A DNA stretch of 64,000 bases from Candidatus Methanomethylophilaceae archaeon (GCA_944320495.1 CALUHR010000003.1:128001-192000); one strand, 5' to 3'. Positions 29,218 to 40,077 are shown, counted from the first letter of the stretch. Numbers and translations are program-made. Notes: generated from the letters alone by a model not told the origin.

Positions 29218-30612
29218 TCATTCGGAGTACGCGGAGGTCTCCCTCCCCCTGAGGAAGGATGCGAACGTCCCCACGATGCACATGCCGAGGCACACGGCGA
29301 AGGAGATGTGTATCACGTCGAGGAACGAATCATAGTTCTCCGGCACGAGATTGTCCGACCCTCCCATTATCACCGAGATGAACAGCATCGCGATGCCCAT
29401 GCTGACCATCATGCCGGATTGGCGCATGACCGCCACCATGGCGGAGGCCTCCCCGGTCTCCTCAGGCCTGACAGAGCCCATGACGACCGACGTGTTGGGT
29501 GCGGAGAACATCCCCATGCCGAACCCGACCACGAGCATGGTGGCGATGACGAGCGTGTAGTCGACCTCTAGCCCGTAGAACAGGAAGAACGAGACACCTA
29601 CGCCTGTGATGATCATCCCGGTGGTCGGCAGGATGCGTTTGTCCTCGACGCGATCGGACAGACGGCCGAAAAGCGGTGTCACGACGGCCTGCAAGGCGGC
29701 CTGCACGAGCATGAGGATTCCAGCCTCCGTGGCGGAGATGGCGCCGATGCTCTGGAGATAGAGCGCCAGGAAGTAGGATATGGAGTAGGACGCGGCATAG
29801 TTGAGGAACGTGGCGAGACAGGACCCGGCGAAGACCTTGGTCCTGAACAGCCCCACGTTCAGCAGATGGTCGGGCGTCCTGGATTCCCATCTGGCGAACA
29901 GAGCGATGACGACCACCCCGATGACGAGCATCGCGACCGCCCAGAGCTCGGGCATGTTGATCACACCGCCCATGGCGAGCATGATGCCCACCCCGTACAG
30001 CACGCTCCCCCTACCGTCGAAACGGTGTCCGGCGGACGGGGATATCTCATGCCTGAACGAGAGCATGCATATCGCCGATACGATGGCGAGCGGGACCACG
30101 AACAGAAACAGGGCGTGCCATCCAATCAGATCGTTGAGGGTCCCTCCCAGCGGGGGTCCCAGGGACAGGCCGATGTAGACGCACATGGTCTGCATGCCGA
30201 TCGCGCCTCCCCTGGACTCGCGGGGATAGACGTCGGTGATGAGCGACACGCTGGTGGTCACGAGCGCGGCGGAGCCGAACCCCATGATGACCCTGCATCC
30301 TATGAGCCACCAGAACGTGGGCGACACAGCGCCCAGCAGGCAGGCGACAGCGATCGCGGTCAGCCCTATGAGATACATCCTCTTCTTGCCGATGATGTCC
30401 CCGGCGCGGGCCAGCGGGACCATGAACACGACCGACGATAGCAGGAACGCGGTGTTCACGTAGGCGAGCTGATGCGAACCCACGCCGAAGCTGTCCCCGA
30501 TGTTGACCAGGGAGAGGTTCATCATCGTGCTCAGCAGCGGCGTGACAAGGCCGGAGATGCAGCAGGCGAGCAGGACGATGCCCCTCTCCCTCTTGCTGAA
30601 TCCCTCCCCCAT
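29218..30612 (-). CDS. MFS transporter (DHA2/EmrB-like)
   Basis: 14 TM pattern, GDIIGKKR motif A, RGGAIG, FSAPNTS. Confidence 0.93.
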   Translation of the reverse strand: MGEGFSKRERGIVLLACCISGLVTPLLSTMMNLSLVNIGDSFGVGSHQLAYVNTAFLLSSVVFMVPLARAGDIIGKKRMYLIGLTAIAVACLLGAVSPTFWWLIGCRVIMGFGSAALVTTSVSLITDVYPRESRGGAIGMQTMCVYIGLSLGPPLGGTLNDLIGWHALFLFVVPLAIVSAICMLSFRHEISPSAGHRFDGRGSVLYGVGIMLAMGGVINMPELWAVAMLVIGVVVIALFARWESRTPDHLLNVGLFRTKVFAGSCLATFLNYAASYSISYFLALYLQSIGAISATEAGILMLVQAALQAVVTPLFGRLSDRVEDKRILPTTGMIITGVGVSFFLFYGLEVDYTLVIATMLVVGFGMGMFSAPNTSVVMGSVRPEETGEASAMVAVMRQSGMMVSMGIAMLFISVIMGGSDNLVPENYDSFLDVIHISFAVCLGMCIVGTFASFLRGRETSAYSE

Positions 30613-30684
30613 GTCCGTCACATCTCCAATCGAATGACCCGGCGGTCCCTCCAATGAAAGGGACCGCCGATAAAACCATTTTTC

Positions 30685-31905
30685 TCAGGCGGCGGGACCG
30701 GCTGACGAGAACCTGCGGTCCTTCGCGCAGTAGAGGATGAACAGGACCGCGACAACGACCGCCAGCGAACCCATGACACCGAACAGGTCGGGTATGCTGT
30801 CGTTGACGGCGGCGAGCAGAGGGACGCTGACGAGGGAGATCGAGAACTGGCCGAAGTTGAGGAAGGTGGAGTACCCTCCCATGATCTTCCCCGATGTGGA
30901 TCCGGTGGCCTCACCGGCGAGGACGTTCGTCACCGCCGGGCAGATCATCCCGATGCCGAGGCCGGCAAGCACCATCGTGAAGAACGCGGTTACGACGGCC
31001 GGATGGGTCATGATGATGACCATCCCCACGCCCATGATGAGGAACCCGACCCCCATGATCATGAACGGCCTTATGCGGTCGGCCAGACGCCTATAGAACA
31101 GCGCCATGACGGCGTTGCTGATCCCGTTCACACCCAGGAACAGACCCACCACGGATGCGCTGAGATGACCCGGGAGCTCCGGATCCTCGAGGAATGTGGG
31201 CATCTTTGTGGGGAGGAGGAACGACATGGTCTGGCACACGAAGATGGCGACATAGCAGATCACGATGAGGCGGGTGTTGGCCTTCTTCGCCGGACGCTCC
31301 GCGGGCGTCGCCTCCCTGGCGGGCTCGCGGGACGGCTCCCTCATCGATGCGATGCAGAGAAGCAGGATCGGTATGCCGATCAGATAGACGAGGAACGGCT
31401 CATGCCAGCTGAACGCCGCGAGCGAACCGCCGGTGTACTCCAGGATGAGTACACCGAGACCCATGGCGGCGGACTGGTAGCTCAGGACCTTTACCCTCGA
31501 CACGCCGGTGTAGTACTCGGCCATCAGGGCGGTCACGGCGGCCGATATGCCGGCGATGCCGACACCGACCAGGAACCTCATGGCGAGGATGACCATCAGA
31601 TCCTCGAGGAAGAAGCTGGCCACACCTGCGGCGGTGAACAGCACCAGCGCGACGCAAAGTGTGCGGACCTTCCCGAATTTGTCGGCAAGCGATCCGATGA
31701 CCAGACCCAGGAGACCGACGGCGAGCGATGGGAGGGTGATGACCAGCGAGACCGCGAAGTCCTGGCCGGGGAACGCCTCGTTTATGAGCGGCAGAGCGGG
31801 TGCGACCGCGGCGCCTCCCATCAACATGAGCATGGATGCGAGAAGCATTGCGACGAGCGTGAGCCTCGTCGGAACGAACGGCTTCCCGTCGTTCTTCGTT
31901 TGCAT
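30685..31905 (-). CDS. MFS transporter
   Basis: About 12 TM helices, GSLADKFGK motif A, MRFLVGVG. Confidence 0.92.
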   Translation of the reverse strand: MQTKNDGKPFVPTRLTLVAMLLASMLMLMGGAAVAPALPLINEAFPGQDFAVSLVITLPSLAVGLLGLVIGSLADKFGKVRTLCVALVLFTAAGVASFFLEDLMVILAMRFLVGVGIAGISAAVTALMAEYYTGVSRVKVLSYQSAAMGLGVLILEYTGGSLAAFSWHEPFLVYLIGIPILLLCIASMREPSREPAREATPAERPAKKANTRLIVICYVAIFVCQTMSFLLPTKMPTFLEDPELPGHLSASVVGLFLGVNGISNAVMALFYRRLADRIRPFMIMGVGFLIMGVGMVIIMTHPAVVTAFFTMVLAGLGIGMICPAVTNVLAGEATGSTSGKIMGGYSTFLNFGQFSISLVSVPLLAAVNDSIPDLFGVMGSLAVVVAVLFILYCAKDRRFSSAGPAA

Positions 31906-31991
31906 GGCCTGCCTAGAATCGGCATCCGATTTAACGGTTTACAGAATCCCCCTCGCGCGACTATATATCATATCTCTGCATCGCAACGGCC

Positions 31992-32573
31992 ATGGATGCC
32001 ACCCCCAAGATTCCCGAGATTGCAGAGAGGATACGCGCACTCCGCGAGATGTGCGGATTCACCGTCGAAGAGATGGCCGAGGCCACCGGCGTAACCGCGG
32101 AGGAGTTCTCCAGGCTCGAGACCGGCACCGAGGACTTCGGATTCACGTTCCTCTACAAATGCGCGGAGAAGCTTGGCGTGGACATCATCGAGATCATCAC
32201 CGGCAGGGACCCGAAGCTCAGCGGGTTCTCCCTCGTCAGGTCGGGGGAGGGGCTGCCGATCAAGAGGCGCGAAGGATTCACCTACTATCACCTGGCACCC
32301 ACCTTCAAGGACAAGATCTCGGAACCGTTCCTCGTGTTCGCACCGTACATCCCCGAGGAGCAGGACAAGGAGATCCACCTCTCGTGCCACGAGGGGCAGG
32401 AGTTCGACTACATCCTGTCCGGCTCCCTGCGCTTCTGCCACGAGGGCCGCACCGTGGACGTCGGACCCGGCGACACCCTCTACTACGACTCGGGAAAGGG
32501 GCACGGCATGATCGCCACGTCCAGGGAGGGGTGCACCTTCCTCGCCGTGGTCATGAGGAGGGATACCGAGTGA
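31992..32573 (+). CDS. XRE-family HTH regulator with cupin domain
   Basis: IRALREMCGFTVEEMA HTH; HEGQEFDYILSG...GDTLYYDS cupin. Confidence 0.92.
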   Translation: MDATPKIPEIAERIRALREMCGFTVEEMAEATGVTAEEFSRLETGTEDFGFTFLYKCAEKLGVDIIEIITGRDPKLSGFSLVRSGEGLPIKRREGFTYYHLAPTFKDKISEPFLVFAPYIPEEQDKEIHLSCHEGQEFDYILSGSLRFCHEGRTVDVGPGDTLYYDSGKGHGMIATSREGCTFLAVVMRRDTE

Positions 32574-34210
32574 TCGGCATCTGGAAGGAGTACCTGAGGG
32601 AGGAGTTCGACGACCAGGGACGCACCTCCAAGGCCCACATCGAGATCCCCCCGAACTTCAACTTCGCATACGACGTCGTGGACCGCATAGCGGCCGCTGA
32701 ACCGGACAGGCGCGCGCTCCAGTGGTGCAGCGTGACCGGGGCCGAGAGGACGTTCACCTTCGGCGACATCAGCAGGCTCTCGAACAAGGCCGCCAACTAT
32801 CTCACCTCCATGGGCATCACCAAGGGGGACTACGTGCTCGTCGTCGTCAAGCACAGCTGGCAGTTCTGGTACCTCTCGATCGCACTCCACAAGATCGGAG
32901 CGGTCATGGTGCCCGCCACCTTCATGCTCAGGAAGCACGACATCGAGTACCGCGTGAACGCAGCCAGGATCAAGGCGTGCATCTGTACCGCCACCTGCGA
33001 CATACCCGATCAGGTGGACATCTCCGAGGACATACCGTCGCTGAAGATGAAGTTCCTGCTCAACGGTCACCGCGACGGCTGGATCGACATCGACGCCGGC
33101 GTGGAGACAGCACCCGAGGAATGGACCAGGGTCCCGAACCGCTCCACCGACACCATGCTCATGTACTTCACCTCGGGGACCGCCGGGGACCCCAAGATGG
33201 TCCTCCACGACTTCTCCTACCCGCTGGGCCACATCCTCACCGCCAAGAACTGGTACTGCGTCGACCCCGAGGGCCTCCACTTCACCATCGCCGACACCGG
33301 CTGGATCAAGTGCGCCTGGGGGAAGCTGTACGCCCCGTGGATGATGGAGGCCGGGATCTTCGTCTACGAGTTCGAGAGGTTCGACCCCTCGGACATCATG
33401 GACAAAGTCGAGAGGTACAGGATCACCACCCTCTGCAGCCCGCCCACCATGTTCAGGATGTTCCTCAACGCCGGGACCGAAGGGCACGACCTGTCCTCGC
33501 TGAAGCACACCGGCATCGCCGGCGAGGCCCTGAGCCCCAACACCTACAAGATGTGGCTGGAGAACACAGGGCTGAAGCTCATGGAGGCCTTCGGGCAGAC
33601 CGAGACCCCGCCGATCATCGGGACCTGGGACGGATACGAACCGAAGCCGGGATCGATGGGCGTCCCCTCCCCGCTGTTCGATGTTGACCTTGTGGATCCG
33701 GACGGCAACCCCGTGCCCCCTGGTGTCGACGGCGAGATCATCGTCCGCGTGGCTAACCGCGAGCCTGGAATCACCGTCGGCTACCTGAAGAACGACAAGG
33801 GCAACCGCGAGCTCCAGGTGGAGCACGTCCACCACACCGGCGACGTCGCCTGGAGGGATGAGGACGGCTACTTCTGGTACGTCGGCAGGAACGACGACAT
33901 CATCAAGTCCTCCGGATACAGGATCAGCCCGTTCGAGATCGAGAGCGTCCTGATGCACCACCCCGCTGTTCTGGAGTGCGCCATCACCGGCATACCGGAC
34001 CCCGTCAGGGGCCAGCTAGTGAAGGCCACCATCGTCCTCCGCGCAGGATACGAGGGCACGGACGAGCTGGCGAAGGAGCTCCAGAACTACGTCAAGAAGG
34101 GCACAGCCCCGTACAAGTACCCCAGGGCCATCGAGTTCGTCAAGGAACTGCCCAAGTCCACCTCCGGGAAGATCATGCGGCGCACGATCAGGAAGAAGGA
34201 CGCGGAGTGA
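32570..34210 (+). CDS. AMP-binding acyl-CoA synthetase
   Basis: GTGA-coupled; YFTSGTAGDPK, EAFGQTET, HTGD, GRNDDIIKSSGYRI, PKSTSGK. Confidence 0.95.
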   Translation: MIGIWKEYLREEFDDQGRTSKAHIEIPPNFNFAYDVVDRIAAAEPDRRALQWCSVTGAERTFTFGDISRLSNKAANYLTSMGITKGDYVLVVVKHSWQFWYLSIALHKIGAVMVPATFMLRKHDIEYRVNAARIKACICTATCDIPDQVDISEDIPSLKMKFLLNGHRDGWIDIDAGVETAPEEWTRVPNRSTDTMLMYFTSGTAGDPKMVLHDFSYPLGHILTAKNWYCVDPEGLHFTIADTGWIKCAWGKLYAPWMMEAGIFVYEFERFDPSDIMDKVERYRITTLCSPPTMFRMFLNAGTEGHDLSSLKHTGIAGEALSPNTYKMWLENTGLKLMEAFGQTETPPIIGTWDGYEPKPGSMGVPSPLFDVDLVDPDGNPVPPGVDGEIIVRVANREPGITVGYLKNDKGNRELQVEHVHHTGDVAWRDEDGYFWYVGRNDDIIKSSGYRISPFEIESVLMHHPAVLECAITGIPDPVRGQLVKATIVLRAGYEGTDELAKELQNYVKKGTAPYKYPRAIEFVKELPKSTSGKIMRRTIRKKDAE

Positions 34211-34258
34211 AGGACCTGTAAGAAGGATGCCCCGACCGAATCCGGACGGTGTCCGTCC

Positions 34259-34628
34259 ATGACTGGACACATATCGATCGACGAGTCAGGCGACCTCGGT
34301 TCCAAAGAGTCGACATGCTTGCCATAGCTGCGCTGGTGATGCTGAGGTAAGTCCTCGCGGATGCTGTGGGTGTCCTCTTTGCAGGGATTTCAACGTGATC
34401 GTGGACCGTAGCAGCTTCATCGAGATCGAAAGACTCAGGTAGATGACGAGAGAGGAAGCTGTGAAGACCCGGAGTCAATCTGATGAAGTGCGACAAAGTG
34501 ACATCTGAGCAGAACAGGTGTGTCCATCTGGTCGACTATTGCCGGTGCTTCCAGGACAAGATTCGAGGATGAGGACACATCGATACACGTTAATCGAGAA
34601 GAGAATATCCGTTGCCCGCAGGTACTAA
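34259..34628 (+). pseudogene. Degraded DUF3800 family gene
   Basis: ISIDESGDLGSK start, frameshift to FAIAALV, later SEQNRCVHLVDY (QxxD-like). Multiple frameshifts and stops. Confidence 0.65.
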
Positions 34629-34706
34629 GGGCCACCCAACGGCGACCGACACTGCGGGTCTTATCTGGATACCTGTAACCTGTTTCTTTACTATTTGAAT
34701 GGTTTA

Positions 34707-36248
34707 TCAGTAGAAGTACAGTCTTGTTCTTCTCAGGTGAAGGTACAGGACGGCTGTCAGGATCAGCACGATCATCGCCGTCACACCCATCGTGAGATCG
34801 GGCACCGGGCTCATGCCGGATACCATCAATGGGACGATCACAGATGCCAGGCCTATCCCCATGGACCCCAGCATGGACACGGAGCCACCCTTCACCGCAT
34901 AGTACTCGCTGCTCCAGTCGTACCTCGGATAACGTATGTTCATGACCATTCCCAGAGCGGGGGTGAACAGGGCGTATGAGGTTGAAACCACGACGAGCAG
35001 AACGAGATCCACGCCCGAGATCCCCAGGCCGATGGCAAGCATCGCTATGCTCACGAGTTCCAGAGGGACGACGATCGTGAGGTTGACTAGAATCTTCGAT
35101 AGGAAGATGTCCCATGGCCTCAGAGGCGACGAACCCAAGATCCAGCGGGTATCGCCCTCCATCGAAAGAGACACGGACGTCGTGCAGGAGAGCGCGACGA
35201 AGAACGAGACGAACAACGGCATAGCCGTCGTCAACAGCGGCATGAGCTGTCCGAGCTCGGAGGAGTCAAGACCGTCGGTGAAGGCAATCATGTACGACAG
35301 CACGACCAGGAGAAGCATCCCGACGGCCGTGTTCGTGATGTAGATCCTGCTGGATACGTATCTCCTGATGTCTCTTCTGTACAGGGAGAACAGGCGTCCG
35401 CTGGCACGGGCTTCGGCAGCGGAAGCCTTGCGGGCGGCAGAGGCATTCCTCGAGTTGAGGCTCATCAGACATCTCGATGCGACCAGCACCACGACTGTTG
35501 CTGATGCGAGCGATGCGACGATCAGCAGGATGATGCACGGGACATCCCAAGCGGCCCATCCGGCGATCCATGCGGCAGGAGGACAGAATGCTAGAACCAC
35601 ATCCCCGAGGGATGTGATCATGTCGGATCCTCCGACCTCTCCGGACATCCAGTCCATCAGCACGGCCAGGACGGCTACGATGACCACCAGTGCGACGATC
35701 GAGGTCGCACCCTTGTGAGACGATGTCGAACCGACCCTGCTGACGATGGTGCCAAGGGCGGCTCCGACGGATGCGGGTATGAGCGAACCGATGAGTGTGG
35801 CGACTGTGAATGCGAATATGGAGCCCATGGAATAGTGACCGGACATCGCCAGAGCTCCGATAAGTGACAGATACAGTCCGATCGCCGCCGACACCAAATA
35901 CACCGACAGGAAGCGGGATAGGGCGACATGGGTCGAACTGACCGGCATGGACATCACGAGGTCGTAGTCATCGAACACGAACGCATGGGTTCCCCTGAAG
36001 AAGGAGAATCCCAGGGAAGCCGTGACGGAGATGAAGGCGGCAATCAGAGGAATCTGATCGGCAAGCCCCATCTGGACCAGAGCGTCCATGAACATATATT
36101 GGATGAAACCGAACAACACAGCGACAAGGGCCACCGATGCGAAGTAGGTCAGGGCATCGCGATTACCGCTCCGCCTGTGGAACACCGCTCCGAGGCGCAG
36201 CTCCTCGCACAGCTGTATCTTCATGAGGGCTGCGATGTCACTGCCCAT
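34707..36248 (-). CDS. ABC-2-type exporter permease
   Basis: About 12 TM helices; SLSMEGDTRWILGSSP, FLSKILVNL, PRYDWSSE. Confidence 0.85.
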   Translation of the reverse strand: MGSDIAALMKIQLCEELRLGAVFHRRSGNRDALTYFASVALVAVLFGFIQYMFMDALVQMGLADQIPLIAAFISVTASLGFSFFRGTHAFVFDDYDLVMSMPVSSTHVALSRFLSVYLVSAAIGLYLSLIGALAMSGHYSMGSIFAFTVATLIGSLIPASVGAALGTIVSRVGSTSSHKGATSIVALVVIVAVLAVLMDWMSGEVGGSDMITSLGDVVLAFCPPAAWIAGWAAWDVPCIILLIVASLASATVVVLVASRCLMSLNSRNASAARKASAAEARASGRLFSLYRRDIRRYVSSRIYITNTAVGMLLLVVLSYMIAFTDGLDSSELGQLMPLLTTAMPLFVSFFVALSCTTSVSLSMEGDTRWILGSSPLRPWDIFLSKILVNLTIVVPLELVSIAMLAIGLGISGVDLVLLVVVSTSYALFTPALGMVMNIRYPRYDWSSEYYAVKGGSVSMLGSMGIGLASVIVPLMVSGMSPVPDLTMGVTAMIVLILTAVLYLHLRRTRLYFY

Positions 36249-36987
36249 CAGCCATCAGCTCCAGGAACGCATCCTCAAGCGTGCCGTCGCCACGGACCCC
36301 ATCCATGCCGCCAGATGCCACCAGCCTGCCCGACTTGATCACAGACACGGTGTCGCAGAGCCTCTCGGCCACGTCCAGGACGTGGGTCGAGAAGAACACG
36401 GCGCATCCCGAATCGCACATCTCGCGCATCATCATCTTCAGGGAATGGGTCGACTCCGGATCGAGACCGACGAACGGCTCATCGAGTATCAGGAGCTTCG
36501 GGTCGTGCGACAGGGCACCGATGATGGCCAATTTCTGCTTCATGCCGTGGCTGTACGAACCGATGAGACTGCCAAGGTCGTCCCGGAGCCCGAACACGGA
36601 AGACAGCCTGTCGATCCTCTCGCGGCGATCCCCTTCGGAGACACCGTACATGTCGCACACGAAGTCGAGGTACTGTATTCCGGAGATGTAGTCGTAGAGG
36701 TCGGGGTTGTCCGGGATGTACGCCAGTACCCTCTTGCATTGAACCGGCTCCTCTTTGATGGAGTGCCCGTCGATCGTGATCTCGCCCTCATCGAAATCCA
36801 TCAGCCCAACCACTGCGCGAAGTGTGGTGGTCTTCCCGGCCCCGTTGCGTCCTATGAACGCGTGGATCTCCCCGGGACGGACATTCAGAGAAAGGTCGGA
36901 GACAGCCTTCTTGCCTCCCTTGTAGGTCTTGGACAGATTCTCTATGCGGAGTATGCCCCCGTTGTTCCGATTCCCACCCATGGTCAT
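36238..36987 (-). CDS. ABC exporter ATP-binding protein
   Basis: GRNGAGKTT, YSHGMKQK, LDEPFVGLD, STHVLD. Confidence 0.95.
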   Translation of the reverse strand: MTMGGNRNNGGILRIENLSKTYKGGKKAVSDLSLNVRPGEIHAFIGRNGAGKTTTLRAVVGLMDFDEGEITIDGHSIKEEPVQCKRVLAYIPDNPDLYDYISGIQYLDFVCDMYGVSEGDRRERIDRLSSVFGLRDDLGSLIGSYSHGMKQKLAIIGALSHDPKLLILDEPFVGLDPESTHSLKMMMREMCDSGCAVFFSTHVLDVAERLCDTVSVIKSGRLVASGGMDGVRGDGTLEDAFLELMADGQ

Positions 36988-37064
36988 CGGTTACCATGGT
37001 ATCTCGATTCTGTATTTATTAAGCGTTAATCCAAGATTGATACTAATCATCTAATAGTGAAGCA

Positions 37065-37622
37065 TCAGGAGTGGGGCGGTGAGAGGATGAGACCGATGGT
37101 GTGGAACCTGCGGCCATCGGCAGGCTCGTTCTCCCTGAGCCTCCCGATGATGTCGGCGATCTCCCTCATGGCGCCGTTGATCTCCTCGTTGGTTGCAAGG
37201 ACAGGGCTCATGGAGAATCCGGCATCGTGGGTGAGGTTAGCGTCGGAGTCGTCGCAGAACTCGCGGAACTGTTGCACGAAGCTCAGAACGTACTGCATGA
37301 ACATGGAGAAGTACATCTCTGATGGGTTCGACCGGAGGACTGATTCCATATCTTCGAACACCCTCTTTACCGGAGCATAGGTGCGTTCCACGGTGCCACG
37401 TTTCTTCACTTCGTCGACGATCTCGATCAACCCATCGTCGGTGAGGCGTTTGAGTTGACGATACATGGTGGCACGAGGTATGTTCGGGCATCTGCTGTGA
37501 AGCTCGCTGGCTTTGGAACATGTACCGCGGAGTATCTCCACGAAAAGCTGACATCTGTAGGGATCGGACAGACAATCCACGATATGGCGGTTGAACTCCT
37601 CAGCAGACTCAGCTTTCTCCAT
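37065..37622 (-). CDS. ArsR-like winged-HTH transcriptional regulator
   Basis: LSDPYRCQL, IPRATMYRQLKRL, KRGTVERTY; co-oriented upstream of the ABC exporter. Confidence 0.85.
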   Translation of the reverse strand: MEKAESAEEFNRHIVDCLSDPYRCQLFVEILRGTCSKASELHSRCPNIPRATMYRQLKRLTDDGLIEIVDEVKKRGTVERTYAPVKRVFEDMESVLRSNPSEMYFSMFMQYVLSFVQQFREFCDDSDANLTHDAGFSMSPVLATNEEINGAMREIADIIGRLRENEPADGRRFHTIGLILSPPHS

Positions 37623-37848
37623 CGATCGGGAGATGGAGACGATATTAATGTGGATTGTTCAGTAATCCCGGGGGATGTGTGACGTGGTTCGTTGATTCAT
37701 CGAGTTCCCACTCAGATGTTCCCCTGTCAAAACCTGACCTTCGACGCTCGATTGATCCGATTCACGTATCTCGAACACCGCACGACAGCTCTGATGCGAA
37801 CGATTAACCCCGGTGGGTCCTCCGGCGGATCTCCCGCCGGAGTATGTT

Positions 37849-39372
37849 TCATGCTATGTAGTCCGCCAGGACCTGTCTGATGTCGTTGGAGCTCAGCCAC
37901 TCGTCGAAGCACTTGCCGCTGTCCCTGACGGCCTTCCCCAGTGTGACGACCATCTCCGGGATCCTGTCCTGGGCGATGGTCCCGACCTCCTCGCCCATGC
38001 GCTCCCTGCCCTCGGCTCCGCATCCGTTGATGGACATCTTGAACGCCGGCACGGCCTGACCGTCGACGGTCTTCGAGGCTCCCTGGAGGCCGACGATCCC
38101 GACCTGGTGACATCCGCACGAGGACGGGCATCCGGAGATCCTGAACCTCGGGAGGTACTCCCCGACGCCGGCCTCGCGGACCGCCGCGATCATGGCGTTG
38201 AGCAGGCCGCTGGAGTCGCGGACACCCTGCTGGCAGATCGTCCCGCCGATGCACGACACGGAGGTCTCGAACAGGTTCCGGGCGCCGCCCTCGGTAGCGT
38301 CCCTCACCCTGACCGCCTCCGCGCCGTCCAGGTTGATGATGTACAGGGCGCTGTCGGGGGACACGCGAACCTCCGCGCCGTCTGCGTCGGCGATGGCGTC
38401 CCTTATCCTCTCTAGCATCTCCAGGGGCACGTCCCCTCCCACGGGATGGTACTCCACATAGTACAGCCCTTCCTGGCTCTGCCTGTGGATCCTCTCCCCG
38501 GAGACGTCCTTGACCTCCTTGATCGGGAACACCGACGGGGCGGGATGGATGTCCATGCCGCCCTGCTCCAGCAGTCTGGATAGGTGCTTGCCGTACTCCT
38601 TGGCGAACAGCTCGTCCCCGAGCCTGTCCCTCATGTACCTGGTGCGGGCCCTGCCGCGGTTCTCGTAGTCGCCGTGCTCCATGAAGGTGTCCACCATGGC
38701 GCGCACGTAGTACAGCACCTTGGACGGGTCCACGCCCTCGGCGAGCATCATGCCGAACTTCGGGTTGTTACCCAGACCGCCTGCCCCCCAGACGTCGAAC
38801 CTCCCGTCCGGCCTGGAGACGAATCCCAGGTCCCTGAAGGTGGCGTGCGTCTCGTTCCTCGGCGAGCTGGAGAACGTGACCTTCAGCTTGCGGGGCATCT
38901 TGACATCGGGCATGATGTCCAGCAGGTACGTCTCGGCGGCCTTCGCGTAGGGGTACACGTCGAAGTTCTCCCCCGGCTCGACGCCGGACAGCGACGTCGC
39001 GGACACGTTCCTCGGGTTGTCCCCTCCCCCTCCCTGGGTGTTGATGCCATGGTCCAGTGCGCGGTCCATGATCTCCGCGATCTCGTCCCCCTTGAGGTTG
39101 TGCAGCTGTACGGTCTCGCAGGTGGTGGTATGGATCCTGGACACCCCGTACCTCCTGCACTCGTCTATGATGAACGACAGCTTGTCCCTGTCCATGTGGC
39201 CGCCGCACATGCGGAGCCTGATCATACCAAGCTCTCCGCCCCTCTGGGCATAGCTGCCGAACCTGCCGGATATGCCCTTGTACGTCTTGGCGTCCATCTC
39301 GCCGGAGAAGAACTTCCTCTCGGCGTCGACGAACTCCGGTATCCTCGACCTGAAGAACTCGCTGTCCCTCAT
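37849..39372 (-). CDS. Siroheme/[4Fe-4S] ferredoxin-type nitrite/sulfite reductase
   Basis: MIRLRMCGG, TTCETVQLH, GDNPRNV, PRKLKV, DLGF; CIGGTIC and GCPSSCG cluster/siroheme ligands. Confidence 0.9.
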   Translation of the reverse strand: MRDSEFFRSRIPEFVDAERKFFSGEMDAKTYKGISGRFGSYAQRGGELGMIRLRMCGGHMDRDKLSFIIDECRRYGVSRIHTTTCETVQLHNLKGDEIAEIMDRALDHGINTQGGGGDNPRNVSATSLSGVEPGENFDVYPYAKAAETYLLDIMPDVKMPRKLKVTFSSSPRNETHATFRDLGFVSRPDGRFDVWGAGGLGNNPKFGMMLAEGVDPSKVLYYVRAMVDTFMEHGDYENRGRARTRYMRDRLGDELFAKEYGKHLSRLLEQGGMDIHPAPSVFPIKEVKDVSGERIHRQSQEGLYYVEYHPVGGDVPLEMLERIRDAIADADGAEVRVSPDSALYIINLDGAEAVRVRDATEGGARNLFETSVSCIGGTICQQGVRDSSGLLNAMIAAVREAGVGEYLPRFRISGCPSSCGCHQVGIVGLQGASKTVDGQAVPAFKMSINGCGAEGRERMGEEVGTIAQDRIPEMVVTLGKAVRDSGKCFDEWLSSNDIRQVLADYIA

Positions 39373-39462
39373 CTCTTACACCTGCGGGCGAATCAGGTCA
39401 GGCGTTTATACGGATGGCGGGCGACGGCAGGCATTAAACCCCCCTTTAGAGATTCACATGAC

Positions 39463-40017
39463 ATGTCAGGAACCACCGGGTGTCCGAAGGATGTCAAGGA
39501 GGGCCTGGGACTCGTCCAGGTCTACACGGGGAACGGAAAGGGCAAGACGACATGCGCCCTGGGACTCGCCTTCAGGGCGGTAGGGTGCGGACTGAACGTC
39601 ATCATGATACAGTTCCTAAAGCCCGACGGAGGGTACGGGGAGCACATCTCCGCCTCCAGGATGGATGGGTTCGAGATCGTACCGATGGGCGTCGACCACA
39701 TGGATGAGAAGGTGCCGCTGGAGAAGGACCTGGAGCTCACCAGGGCAGCCATGGCGAAGGCCCGCGAGGTCCTCACCTCCGGCGAGTACGACCTTGTGAT
39801 ACTCGACGAGATCAACAACTCGCTGAAGTTCAAACACGTCACACCGCAGGAGGTCATCGATCTGCTGGATTCGAGGGCTCCCCACACCGAGGTCGTGCTG
39901 ACCGGGCGCGGGGCCCCGCAGGAGATCATCGACTACGCCGACCTCGTGACCGAGATGAGGATGATCAAGCACCCCATGGACAGGGGCGTGCCCGCCAGGA
40001 GAGGCATCGAGTTCTGA
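39463..40017 (+). CDS. cobO: Cob(I)yrinic acid a,c-diamide adenosyltransferase (CobO/BtuR)
   Basis: QVYTGNGKGKTT, IQFLK, LDEIN, VVLTGRGA, ADLVTEM, ARRGIEF. Confidence 0.95.
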   Translation: MSGTTGCPKDVKEGLGLVQVYTGNGKGKTTCALGLAFRAVGCGLNVIMIQFLKPDGGYGEHISASRMDGFEIVPMGVDHMDEKVPLEKDLELTRAAMAKAREVLTSGEYDLVILDEINNSLKFKHVTPQEVIDLLDSRAPHTEVVLTGRGAPQEIIDYADLVTEMRMIKHPMDRGVPARRGIEF

Positions 40018-40077
40018 CCGCTCCGCCGAAGGGCGGGGCGGAACCCCTAAATCGTACCCATGGGGTAGGCCACGCAT

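Noticed and set aside
31547-32569. N-terminal extension making an 887-aa acyl-CoA synthetase
   Set aside because: Overlaps the MFS (antisense) and XRE genes; a GTGA-coupled start at 32570 fits the family.
34439-34441. In-frame TAG in the DUF3800 remnant as a pyrrolysine site
   Set aside because: The gene has several frameshifts and other stops; the TAG is better explained by decay.
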